Part shown: in pieces, positions 51,419 through 64,000 of the stretch
Position numbering within the stretch: position 1 is the first letter of the stretch
How the letters are laid out: every line of letters starts with the position of its first letter
DNA from: Eledone cirrhosa
Lineage: Eukaryota
Reading direction: 5' to 3'
Length of the DNA: 64,000 nt
NCBI GenBank assembly: GCA_964016885.1
Contig: OZ024759.1
Coordinates: 13,330,001 to 13,394,000, forward strand
Position numbers and translations under genes: made by a program
The notes under the pieces: model-generated
What the model was told of the DNA's origin: nothing
Databases searched by the model: none
Seen by the model: the letters and a program-made list of their open reading frames with translations, nothing else

Positions 51419-53906
51419 ATTTCTTCCTATCCCAACTGGTGCTCGAACCAATGAGGTGCCACAAAAACGTCCTAGACTTAATTTTCAGCAATCACACTGA
51501 CAATATCCATAATATTGCAGTGGAGAAAACTCTACTCTCTGATCATGACATGGTTCTCTGTGATTCCACCGTCCAATATACAAACCCAATGTCATCTCTC
51601 CTGTCCATCCGTTTGACGCTATGGATTTCCACAATGCAAACTGGGAAGCGATCAGTCATGATCTTGCACATGTCGACTGGTCCTTCACGCACACTCATAC
51701 ACCCACTAACATCAAAAAGTCCTGGCAGACATTTGTGGACACTGTTACAAACATATGTGCAAAACACACCCCATTAAGAACTATAAACAAATCTAAGAGC
51801 AGAATCCCTAGAAATAGAAAAACGCTCATCAGAAAAATTAAGAGAACGAACAAAAAAATCAACAAGCTGAAATACTGTCAGCAGCAACACATCAACTTGA
51901 CTGCCATTTCATCACTAGAGATTAAAAAACATAACCTCCAAAACAACATAATGTCTCTCATCAACAATCAGAGAAGAGCTGAAGAGGCCTGGGCCATTGA
52001 GAAGATGAAACTCAATCCCAAAGTGTTCTTTTCATTTGCAAAAAAACACAAAATCACTGGCTCTACTGTTGGCCCTCTAATTGATGAAAATGGCACTCTT
52101 CAAGACAATGCTAAAACCATGGGTGAGATACTGCAGAAACAATACTGCTCTGTTTTCAGCAATCCTGATATGGCCGATCTGGGCTGTATCGGCGATGTTA
52201 CTCCCCATTACACCTTATCGGACATAACGTTTGGCGCCCCTGATGTCTTAGCGGCAATAAAGGAAATCAAGCATAATTCAGCAGTAGGTCCCGATAGGTT
52301 CCCTGCTTGTGTCTTGAAGGCGTGTCAACACCAACTTGCATCTCCTCTTGCCAATCTGTGGCGGAACTCACTGGATGCTGGATATGTGCCAGAAAACCTT
52401 CTATCCCAGTCTGTTGTCCCAGTTTTCAAAAAAGGAAACAAATCCCTTGCCGTGAATTACCGTCCAATCTCACTCACCTCTCATATCATTAAGGTATTTG
52501 AGAGAGTGGTGAGATCGCGAATGACCCACTTCCTTGAGAGTAACAATATGCTGAACTCCAACCAGCATGGATTCCGTAATGGAAGGGATTGCCTGACGCA
52601 GCTACTGCATCACTTTGATGACATTTTGAGAGCCTTGGGAGAGGGTTCCAACACTGATGTTATCTACCTTGATTTCAGCAAGGCCTTTGACAGGGTTGAT
52701 CATAACATTCTACTGAGAAAACTGTCCAATATTGGTGTCACTGGAAAGCTGCTGCAGTGGATCAAGAGCTTCCTGTCAAACAGAACCCAACATGTTGTAG
52801 TTGAAGGAGTCAAATCCAGCCCAGCCAAAGTCAGTAGTGGGGTCCCACAAGGCACTGTGTTGGGCCCACTTCTCTTCATCATCTATATTAATGACATCAC
52901 TGACATCATCAAACACAGCAACATTAAAATTTTCGCTGATGATTCCAAGCTCCAAAAGGTCATCAATGGCGTGGATGACCGGATAAGCCTTCAGTCAGAC
53001 CTACTGGCTGTTACCCAATGGGCGGAAAAGAACAACATGTTACTGAACGAAGACAAATTCGAACTGATCCACTTTGGAAAAGAGGATGCTCTGAAACTCC
53101 CGTACTCCCTTCCCTCCGGGGAAACTCTTGTGGCATCTAACAACATCAGAGACTTGGGAGTAACCGTGGACAGCAACATAAGCTGGGCCACGCATATAAG
53201 CAGCAAAGTTGACATGGCCCGCAGAATGTGTTCCTGGATCCTCAGAACCTTCCAGTCGAGAGATTCCCACACCATTATCCTTCTCTTCTCTACTTTTGCC
53301 CGACCACACCTTGAATACTGTTGTCCACTGTGGTCTCCCCACACGAAACAAAGTATCATGAAACTTGAAGCTCCTCAAAGGGCAATCACGAAAAAGATAG
53401 ATGGCATGTCAGACCTTGACTACTGGGGTCGACTAGAAAAGCTGAAACTTTACTCACTTCAACGTCGCCGTGAGCGTTATATTATCTGCATGATGTGGAA
53501 AATGTTCCATCATCACTGCCCAAATGATGTTGGCATCGCCTTCAAGATACACCCAAGGCTTGGGCCCCGTGCTATCCGTCCCATACAAAAATCTAAATCG
53601 CAACTCATAACAACAATACGGCACAATTATTTCACCTCAATTGGCCCTGCTCTCTTCAACATCACACCAGGACATGTCAAAACAGAAACTGACCACACAA
53701 AATTCAAGAAGTCTTTGGACAAATTCCTCCAAGTAATCCCGGACAAACCACCCACACCCGGATATGTCTCCGCAAACAGTAATTCTCTTCTCGAATGGGC
53801 CATGGTGCCCAAATCCTGAATTGAAAGACTTCGCCAGGTGGTGCTATTAAGTTAGACATGGCCTGGGCCAATACTGGCCAAAACATTTCAAAGTTATTCA
53901 AAGTTA
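51419..53906 (+). mobile_element. 5'-truncated CR1-group LINE (end of APE endonuclease plus intact RT ORF 51621-53819)
   Basis: The upstream frame gives VLDLIFSN...LSDHDMV (APE C-terminus), then one frameshift near 51595-51620, then a 732-aa ORF with GPD, NYRPISLTS, QHGFR, DFSKAFD, PQG and FADD motifs. Ends in (TTCAAAGTTA)x2. Confidence 0.95.
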
Positions 53907-53938
53907 TATATATATGTATGTATATATATATATATATG

Positions 53939-53991
<53 letters not shown>

Positions 53992-54029
53992 GTATATATA
54001 TATATGTATGTATATGTATGTATGTATAT

Positions 54030-54120
<91 letters not shown>

Positions 54121-54128
54121 TATATATG

Positions 54129-54174
<46 letters not shown>

Positions 54175-54252
54175 TATATGTATGTATATATATATATATG
54201 TATGTATATATATATATATGTATATATATGTATGTATATATATATATGTATG

Positions 54253-54284
<32 letters not shown>

Positions 54285-54292
54285 TATGTATG

Positions 54293-54359
<67 letters not shown>

Positions 54360-54412
54360 GTATGTATGTATATATATGTATGTATGTATGTATGTATATA
54401 TATGTATGTATG

Positions 54413-54451
<39 letters not shown>

Positions 54452-54510
54452 GTATATATATGTATATATATATGTATGTATGTATATATATGTATGTATG
54501 TATATATATG

Positions 54511-54549
<39 letters not shown>

Positions 54550-54605
54550 GTATATATATGTATGTATGTATATATATATATGTATGTATATATATATATG
54601 TATGT

Positions 54606-54639
<34 letters not shown>

Positions 54640-54864
54640 GTATATATATATATGTATGTATATATATATATGTATGTATATATATATATGTATGTATATA
54701 TATATATGTATGTATATATATATATGTATGTATATATATATATGTATGTATATATATATATGTATGTATATATATATGTATGTATATGTATGTATGTATG
54801 TATATATATATATGTATGTATATGTATGTATGTATGTATATATATGTATGTATGTATATATATG

Positions 54865-54896
<32 letters not shown>

Positions 54897-55031
54897 TATG
54901 TATGTATATATATATATATGTATGTATATATATATATATGTATGTATATATATATATATGTATGTATATATATGTATATATATATATTTATGTATATATA
55001 TATATATATAATGTATATATATATATTTATG

Positions 55032-55094
<63 letters not shown>

Positions 55095-55279
55095 GTATGT
55101 ATATATATATATATGTATGTATATATATATATGTATGTATATATATATATATGTATGTATATATATATATGTATATGTATGTATGTATATGTATATATAT
55201 GTATGTATGTATATATATATATATGTGTATATGTATAAATGTATGTATATATATCTATGTGTGTGTTTGTAGATATATC

Positions 55280-55321
<42 letters not shown>

Positions 55322-55352
55322 GCTGTGTGTGTATATATTTATAATATATAAT
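53905..55352. repeat. ~1.4 kb (TA)n/(TATG)n microsatellite
   Basis: Read directly from the sequence. Confidence 0.97.
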
Positions 55353-55384
55353 GTTAATGGTATATTTTGATATTTCCCTTTCAG

Positions 55385-55428
55385 AGCCATTTATTCTGCA
55401 ACATTATCCTCGTAATTATGCTGACGAA
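55385..55428 (+). CDS. DENND1: DENND1-like coding exon (equivalent to exon 3)
   Basis: tttccctttcag|AG CCA TTT...GAC GAA|gtaagt, 44 nt, encoding (E)[14 protein letters not shown]. Resembles recalled PEVQRQFPEDYSDQ / PVVLWKFPEDFGDQ. Confidence 0.85.
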
Positions 55429-58400
55429 GTAAGTCATTTACTCTATTTAAATGTCAAAATAAACTCTCATTAATTATTCTTAATAAGACTCATTTTCTGT
55501 TCCATTAACCTCCCATTTACACTCTTTTCCTATCAATCTGCTATTTTCTACAACACTAAACACTTAATCCTTAACCACATAACATTACTCTATATATACT
55601 ATTGTATTTTCATGGTAAAATACCTCACATAATATTGAAGCTATGAGATTTTAATATTATCTATTTTAAGAACAATACCTTAACATCAGTATGAATGGCT
55701 AGTTACAGCCGGTTTGAACAGAAAGAGGTGAGAGAATTTTCGCCAGATATGGCCGGTTTAACTCTTTAGCATTTACATCTACTTATATATATAACCAGCA
55801 ATTTCTCTGTCTGTCTGTCCGTCAGTGGAAACACGTGCGTAGAGAGTGAGAGTGGAAGAAAGAGACAGACTACGAGAGGGGGATAGCGTGAGGGAGAGAG
55901 AGAGTGAATAGCCGCTAAAACACGTGCTACAGAAACATTACCTTCCCCTCTCCACTGACTTTGGTCACTGAGACCGAGGGAATCGCGCTGAGCGCGCCAT
56001 AATGACGTAATGCAGACAGCCAGACATACAGACAGATATTATAAGGGCGCAACGTTATATCTATGTATCTATCTAAAAAGAAAGACTAAGAATTATAAAG
56101 AGAGAACGCTAAATCGCCTAATGCGGTCCCTAGGGCATTGAAAATTTGAAATAACTTTTGCTCAAAACACTCACAGGACCATAAGTATTACATGTCTAAA
56201 GTTTGAAAACAATCGGTTGGATGGTTCTCAAGTTTTAGTGAGCTGACAGGCAGACAGACATTCTCTGTTTTAGATATATAGACTAGCAGAAAACCGCCCT
56301 CCAGGTGGTTTTCTGCTAGTCTACTATATAAATGGCAATTTGTCTGTCTGTGTATATGTGTATAGCCAGTTGGCGCCTACACCAGTGATCCGATCCTGAT
56401 GAAACTTTACACACATGTTAAGCTAGTATTCACAAACAGGACTGGCTAATTGGATTTCAATAAAATTCAATAATGGAATCCCTGGCGACATCTTTACAAT
56501 GGAGGAGGAAAGAGACATTTCAGTGAGAGAGGGGGAAGAGTAGATACTACCACTGTATGTTAAACCGTCCCTCCCACTACTCCTCTTCCTCCTCCCACAA
56601 CTCCTCTTACGCCTCCCACAACTCAGTCTTCCAAAACGAAGCAACAACTTATTGGAAATGAGTTTATTTTGTCGATATTTCAAGGTGTCGGATCGTGGGA
56701 ATATTGTTCTTGGTATATAAACACGTGTGTTCTCTACTGAATTTACATTACACAAATTGTCCTTTTAACCCTTTAGTGTTCAAACTGGCCAAAACCGGCC
56801 AGAATTCTCTACCTCTTTCTGTTCAAACCGGCTATAACTGGTCGCTCAAACTGATATTAAGTTATTGTTCTTAAAATAAATACTTTCAAAATCTCATAGA
56901 TTTGATATTATGTGAGATAATTATGTGAGGTAAAGCATTTACCATGAAAATATAATAGTAAATATAAAATAATTGTTTCTACTTTTGGTACAAGGCCAGC
57001 AATTACCCAGTACGTTACTGGTACTTTATTTTATCGACCCCGTAAGGATGAAAGGCAAAGTTAACCTTAGAAGGATTTGAACTCAGATCATAAAGGGACG
57101 TAACTATGCTGGAAAGCATGTCCGACCCTCTACTGATACTGCCAATTCACCTGTGAATGTTAAAGGATTAAACATAAATAACTCCATTCGTTTTCATTTA
57201 AACAACGGTCTTTCTGCTTGCAACCTTAACACTATTCGGCAAGCCCACAATCCGATCCTGATGAAACTTTATACACATGTTAAGCTAATATTCAGAAACA
57301 GGACTGGCTAATTGGATTTCAATAAAAATCAATAATGGAATCCCTGGGGACATCTTTACAATGGAGGAGGAAAGAGATGTTTCAGTGAGAGAGGCAGAAG
57401 AGTGGGTTTTACCGGGTACTGCAGCTAGTTACTCTATAATCCGGCCAAAATTCTCTCACCCCTTTCTGTTCAAACTGGCTGTAACCAGTTGCTCATACTT
57501 ATGTTAAGGTATTGTTCTCCAACTATCAACATTTCATAGCTTCAATATTATGTGAGATAATTACGTGAGGTAAAGCTTTTATTGTAACAATGCAACAGTA
57601 TATGTACTGTGAATGGTAAAGGGTTAAATTATCGGTATCAGTTTTACAATTAATTATTACCATTGTTTGACTGTTGTCTCCGGTACTACAGAAACTTTAC
57701 CTCAACCCTACTGTACCCCCCCCAATCCCCTCCAACCACCCTGCCCCATCTCCCTTCCCCTCCACCCACCTCATCTCCCCTCCACCCACCTCATCTCCCC
57801 TCCACCCACCCTGCCTCCCTCCACTCCACCCCATCTCACCTCCACACTACACTACACCACACATTATACTCCACACCACACACCACACCACACACCACAC
57901 TATACACCACACCATACACCACACTATATATACCACACCACACCACACTACACACCACACTATATACACCACACTACACACCACACTATATACACCACAC
58001 CACACCACACCACACTATACCATACACCACACTATACTCTACACTACACCACACACCACACCATACACCACACCGCACTACACACCACACCATACACCAC
58101 ACTACACTACACCACACCACACCACCCTATACACTACAAACCACACCACCCTATACAATACACCCACCCACCACACCACACCACACCATACACCCCACCA
58201 CACCACACTACACCCCCCACCATACCACACTACACCATTAGTTGAAACTGTAGATATCTGATGGAGTTAAGTCTCCAAATATATTTTAATTGGACAAGAC
58301 AGCTTCTTATAGGAGAGGACATATTTTTACAAGATATGTATTTATATATATGTGTGTGTGGCTGTGTGTGTGGATGTGTGCGTGTGTGTCGATATGTGTG

Positions 58401-58560
58401 TGTGTGTGTCGATATGTGTGTGTCGATGTGTGTGTGTGTGTGTGTGTGTGGATTTGTATTTAATGATGTGTGTGTCTGTGTTTTTTAAAGTTGTAACAGA
58501 AATGTATTTATTTAACTGATTTCATAGATGTGTGTGTGTATACGTATATATATGTGTATA

Positions 58561-58636
<76 letters not shown>

Positions 58637-58777
58637 CATATTATGTGTGTGTGTATATATAGATAAATATGATGTGTATATATATGTATATATATAAAAT
58701 GCTTTTGTAAACTTCTAAATATACTCCTTTTACACACACGCACGCACGCACGCACACACACACACACATACACATAT

Positions 58778-58833
<56 letters not shown>

Positions 58834-59452
58834 CAGTTTTACAACTGTTTTTCCAAGCTTGAATGGGTTGGATGGGAATATGAGTGTGTATGTACACACA
58901 CACACACAACACACCACACCACACACACACCATACACACACACAGCACACCACACACACACACACACACACACACCACACACACGTATAATGGTCTTTAT
59001 TAATTGTTGCGTTGCTTACATAAGATGTAAGAGTTACAATGTGTCCTTTCAGATAACCATATGTATATCATCATCATCATCATCTACCATATATTATAGA
59101 GTAATGTAATCCCCCCCTCCCATTTAAATGCCCCCCCCCCCCCCCCTCAAGTGTTTCCCCTCCACCTCAATCTAATTTGAACATCATTCAACAGATATAT
59201 ATTTTGTATATTATACATATATACATACATATATAATAATAATGATAATAATGAAAATTATTGTGTACAGTGCTCAGGTGCACTAGAACCCACCAAAGGT
59301 GCATATATAGTATTTATATATAGTTTCAGAAGATCCCGTTAAGGGTGAAAGCTGCGATTGTTTGCTTAAACTTTAATCTGTTATTTAAAAATATATTTGA
59401 TATATATTTATCCTTATTGAGCCCTCTTTGGATTTTAGTCTTTACATTATAT

Positions 59453-59833
59453 GGAGGCACATGGCTTAGTGGTTAGAGCATTGGGCTTGCAATCGAAAGG
59501 TTGTGAGTTCAATTCTCAGACCGGGTGATGTGTTGTGTCCTTGAGCAAGACACTTTATTTCACATTCCTCCAGTTTACTCAGCTGTAGAAATGAGATGAT
59601 CGGACTGGGGTCCCTATCATTCCACTGCAAAGTGGTCGTGGAGGTGCCACGGCAGAAAATAACCCAGCCCACACTGTAAAGTGGACGTGTAGGCGCCACG
59701 GCAAAAAAGCACCCAGCACTCACTGTAAATGAGGTTGGTGTTAGGAAGGGCATCCAGCTGTAGAAATCAAGCCAGAATCAGTTCCCATCCCACCCTTGCA
59801 AGCAGGGAAAAGCGGACGTAAAATGATGATGAT
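59453..59833 (+). mobile_element. Family A SINE with two internal units (counterpart of 7383-7766)
   Basis: Sequence match to the 7383 copy. Confidence 0.87.
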
Positions 59834-59858
59834 ATATATACATAATTATAATTTAGAG

Positions 59859-60310
59859 CAGTGGTCTTCAACCTTATTTTATATCACAGACTGGCTTCAT
59901 GCCGGACAACCTTTCTGTGGACCGATAGTTGTACATATGTGTTATTTAAGTGTATTTTGATAAAGAGAGCAATAATAAAAAGAGCAATTTATTAAAGTAG
60001 ATGAATTTTGAATATTTAAACAAATCTTTTAAAATTAAAGTCCAATATTCAATTTATCTATTATATAATTTTAACCTTTTAGCATTTACATTAGAAATAT
60101 ATGAGATTTTCATATTTATTTTAAGAACAATACCTTAACATAAGTATAAGCGACCAGTTACAACCGATTTGAACAGAAAGAGGTGAAAGAATTCTGGTTT
60201 ATGGCCGGTTTATGTTAAAGGGTTAGACAAGTTAATTATTTCTGTGTGGCCTGGTAGCAAATGATCCATGAAGCGGTTCTGGTCTGCAGCCCAGTGGTTG
60301 GGGAGCCCTG
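59859..60310. mobile_element. hAT-type MITE with 8-bp TSD and a nested TTAA MITE remnant
   Basis: Termini CAGTGGTCTTCAACC and GGTTGGGGAGCCCTG. Flanks ATTTAGAG (59851-59858) and ATTTAGAC (60311-60318). The counterpart from ~7792 is cut by the gap. Confidence 0.75.
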
Positions 60311-60669
60311 ATTTAGACGATTTCAGGGTGGTGGATTGGTAGAATCAATTGAGCTAACAAGCTTTATGGCATATTGTTATGTCCCTTTATGTTCTGAGTT
60401 TAAATTTACTGGTTGGTAGAGTGACTAGCCACTATGTAGGTGACAGGCTGATGAAAAATATAGAAACAATTGAGAGAGGAGGAAGACAAGTGTGTTGGTG
60501 CATAGAAGTAACTGGAAGAAATAAATAAAGAAAGGCGATGTACAAGAGAAGTTCACACACATCTTCACCCTCATCAGCTCTCTTACCAGCAAAATAGTTT
60601 TGCACAATTTAATTAAAACTACTGTCTGAAAATATTGGATTGTGCAACAGAAAAATAAATCTTTCTGCT

Positions 60670-61497
60670 GGTATGATGTGTGATATTATTGCTAAAAGGT
60701 GGGTGAATGTTGCAAAAATGACCCTAGGGCCTACCCTGAGCATGCGTCTGTAGGTTGGTTGATTTGAGGAGGAGAGGGGTGCCCTTCTCGGGTGCTCTCG
60801 AAATATTGGGTGGTTCAGGATTGGTGGGGTACCTGAGTCGTCCCTGGGTGGTTCTCCCCCCTCTATTGAGGAATTCTGTTTCTATTTTTATTGTTTATTG
60901 TTATTTATATACATTTTTTTACACAATTTCATTGTAACCCCCCCCCCACTGCCCTTGTCCATTGTACTGTTCCCTATATGTAGGCCCCTGTGGCTAATAA
61001 AGAATTATTAGAGTTACATCCCTTTATGATCTGAGTTCAAATCCCGCCGAGGTTAACTTTGCCTTTCATCCTTACGGGGTCGATAAAATAAAGTACCAGT
61101 AATGCACTGGGTAATTGCTGGCCTTGTGCCAAAAGTAGAAACAATTATTATTATGGTGGATTGGCACCCAGCATTTTGTTGAAAGATGGGTGAGAGAAGC
61201 AAGAATGGCCCGAGTGAATGGGCCTTCTCTGAGTATATATCTGTAAATTAAAGGTGGAAAATTGGGAGAGGGCACTTGCCTTGATGGTCAGGGTCACTGT
61301 GGCCTTTTACTGGGCTTTCTCCACAAATGTCCCTCCGAAGTCTCCCCCCTATTGGGGAATTTTTCATTGTTATTTTTTTGTTGCATCCTCTGTTTTTGTT
61401 TTTTACACGCAGAAATGCCCATTTGTACCGTCCTGTATTGTCCTGCACTGTCCTTAATGTCTACTTTATGTAAACCCTTGTGGTTAATAAAGAAATC
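60670..61497 (+). mobile_element. Two L1/Tx1-like 3'-end fragments (~60670-61005, 61167-61497) interleaved with second-family SINEs (~61010-61148, ~61503-61715)
   Basis: Both end CCC(C/T)TGTGG(C/T)TAATAAAGAA after T-rich UTRs. The second has an ORF tail FVERWVREARMARVNGPSLSIYL-stop and a 17-bp flanking duplication. Confidence 0.55.
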
Positions 61498-61767
61498 ATT
61501 ATGGTGGATTGGCAGTAATTAGTAGAGCATTGGACACCATGCTTTGCAACAGAATTACATCCCTTTACGTTCTGAGTTCATATCCCGACGAGATTAGCTT
61601 TGCTTTACATCCTTACAGGGGTCAATAAAATAAAGTACCAGTCATGCACTGGGGTTGATTTAATCAACTCCCCTCCCCCCAAATTTCTGGCCTGTGCCTA
61701 TACTAGAAATCATTATTATTATTATTGCCAAATGTCTTCCCTTTCTCTATTTTATTTAATATTTCAG

Positions 61768-61817
61768 GGGATCTTAAAAGATGTTCCAAAGTTTGCTTAT
61801 CCCTGTTCCACAGAATG
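61768..61817 (+). CDS. DENND1: DENND1-like coding exon (equivalent to exon 4)
   Basis: tttaatatttcag|GGG ATC TTA...GAA TG|gtaaga, 50 nt, encoding GILKDVPKFAYPCSTE. Resembles recalled DENND1B EILQSVPKFCFPF. Phase 0 start matches the previous exon end. Confidence 0.85.
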
Positions 61818-61956
61818 GTAAGAATATATTCAGTATATCTTCTTATATTTCTAATTAGTTTAATTATAATGTCTCTTAGTGATTAATTATTGTGACCTGC
61901 CATTAGGTCTTCATTAAAATTGAGTTATTTTCTCATTCAAAAGACTTTAGTTGATA

Positions 61957-62413
61957 CAGGTTCACAATCTCTTATCTGAAAACCTTGGGACCAAACACTT
62001 TTTGGATTTCGGAATTTTGGAGATTTGGAAATGGAAGATTTTTAGCATAGATTTTAAAGTTTTTTATTTAGATAACTCTACTTTCTGTGCTATCAATAAT
62101 GATAGACGCTTCCTTTTACACTTCTCATTGTTAACCATGGGGAGTCTGCAGCTCTTTTGACATTTTCACAGTCTTCAAAGTAAAAAAAGATCAGCAAAAA
62201 ATAAACAAAATTTCTGTAAGCAGCCGAGGTGATATGAGTCTGACTGGTAGAAGACCTGAGACACAACTGTATGACCTGGGTTGATTGTGGGTCGTTTCAG
62301 GTCAAATTTGGCACCAAACATGAGCTTTGGTAGGCAGACAACATACTGGAAAAAAATATTTGGTTTTCGAGAATTTCGGATTTCGGAATCTTGGATAAAA
62401 GATTATAAACCTG
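61957..62413. mobile_element. Tc1/mariner-superfamily MITE
   Basis: Imperfect TIRs CAGGTTCACAATCTCTTATC and GATAAAAGATTATAAACCTG, flanked by TA on both sides. Confidence 0.75.
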
Positions 62414-62659
62414 TATAACTACTTGGAACTTAGGTTTATGTTACAAACCTTCCCATTTAGAAATATATCAATACTCATGTTGAAATCTTCACCATTTTTA
62501 GGTTGACTTTTCCATACTGGTACGGGTTGGACTGGACTATTTTGAGGCAATATTTTACAGCTAGATGTCCTTCGTGACACCAGTCTCTTTAGTCTCTTCT
62601 TACAACACAGTGTACCAATTCTAAACCATATATATATATATGTGTGTGTGTGTTTGTAT

Positions 62660-62993
62660 GAAGGCGCATGGCTTAGTGGTTAGAGCATTGGGCTTGCAAT
62701 TGAAAAGTTGTGAGTTCGATTTTCAAACTGGGTCATGCGTTGTGTCCTTGAGCAAGGCACTTTATTTCAAGTTGCTCCAGTTTACCCAACTGTAGAAATG
62801 AGTTGCAACGTCACTAGTGCCAAGCTGTATTGGATATAGCCTTTCCCTTGGACATCATCGGTGGCATGGAGAGGGGAGGCTGGTATTCATGGGTGGCTAC
62901 TGGTCTTCCTCAAACAACCTTGCCCGGACTTGTGCCTCGGAGGAAATGTTTCTAGGTACAAATCACTTGGTCATTCGTGACCAAAGGGGGTCT
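62660..62993 (+). mobile_element. tRNA/CORE-like SINE with tail B
   Basis: Head is like family A. The tail matches the reverse complement of 43441-43640. Confidence 0.8.
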
Positions 62994-63038
62994 TCGATAT
63001 ATATATATATATATTACAACACACCGAGATACAGTGTA

Positions 63039-63410
63039 CCACCCTTGCAAGCAGGGAAAAGCGGACGTAAAATGATGATGATGATGATGATGGAGGCACA
63101 TGGCTTAGTGGTTAGAGCATTGGCCTTGCAATCGAAAGGTTGTGAGTTCAATTCTCAGACCGGGTGATGTTGTTTCCTTTATTTCACATTGGTCCAGTTT
63201 ACTCAGCTGTAGAAATGAGATGATAGGACTGGGGTCCCTATCATTCCACTGCAAAGTGGTCGTGGAGGTGCCACGGCAAAAAAGCACCCAGCACTCACTG
63301 TAAATAAGGTTGGTGTTAGGAAGGGCATCCAGCTGTAGAAATCAAGCCAGAATCGGTTCCTGTCCCACCCTTGCAAGCAGGGAAAAGCGGACGTAAAATG
63401 ATGATGATGA
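63039..63410 (+). mobile_element. Family A SINE (63092-63410) preceded by an isolated tail fragment
   Basis: Sequence match, with a small deletion in the CORE-like block. Confidence 0.85.
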
Positions 63411-63417
63411 TATATAT

Positions 63418-63536
63418 GAAAATGTTTGTCCCCGGCGGCAGAGCTCAAGCCGTTTCGGCGGCTATTTCTGGACTATTTGAGTCCAGAAATAGCCGTCAAA
63501 ATGGCTTGAGCTCTGCTGTCGGGGTCAAACATTTTC
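63418..63536. repeat. 119-bp palindrome (57-bp arms, 5-nt loop)
   Basis: Arms 63418-63474 and 63480-63536 differ at 6 positions. Confidence 0.92.
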
Positions 63537-64000
63537 CGATTACCCACTCTACTACCCTAAGTATTGAGTACTCTGGTGCGTTATGGCCCATCTGGTTCCT
63601 CACCACACCTCCTTCGTTATATATATGTATATAGGTGTTAGGAAGGACATCCAGCCATAGAAAACCAGCCAGAAACCCTCCTATATGAACAAGATATGGT
63701 CACCCGACCCAACTTACCTCTAAATAGGACAAACCAATCTAACCCATGCTAGCGTGGAAGATAGAGGTTAATCGATGATAATGATATATATATATTTATA
63801 TATATTATTAGTACAGATTAAAGTTTTAGCAAAGAATTTCTGCTTTCACACTGTTACAGGTTTATCATCATCATCATCATCATCACCGTTTTACGTCCGT
63901 TCTTCCACGCTAGCATGGGTTAGACGGGTTGTCCTGTTGTGGGCAGTGTCTGGTCGGCTGACCATGCCTTGCTCATACAGGAACTGATCTGGCTTGATTT

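Noticed and set aside
53858-55390. Long YICM/HTYI ORFs (also 1141-3251, 5533-6911 and others)
   Set aside because: These are translations of microsatellites.

Overview
Eukaryotic, repeat-dense intronic DNA. The SINE, MITE and LINE families suggest an octopod cephalopod (inference). The only host gene I can support is a + strand DENND1 (connecdenn) homologue that the ORF track misses. Three tiny exons (46603-46667, 55385-55428, 61768-61817) splice in frame to [52 protein letters not shown]. Bases 1-8205 are a near-identical second copy of 52561-60271, including the 44-nt exon and a CR1-type LINE, and end at a 200-N gap, most likely an uncollapsed haplotype. After the gap is a ~30.3 kb array of ~400 copies of a 76-bp unit (8406-38700). 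Each unit reads as polypyrimidine-AG, a 27-nt segment, then GTGAGA. Recurrent variants give 21- and 18-nt segments, and the last unit is a clean CAG/15 nt/GTGAGT candidate microexon. This is the most unusual signal, but function is speculative. The rest is tRNA-derived SINEs, RTE and Tx1-like fragments, MITEs, Helitron-like pieces, several minisatellites and long microsatellites. Nearly all listed ORFs are repeat artefacts. Family names and human comparisons come from recall, not from database searches.
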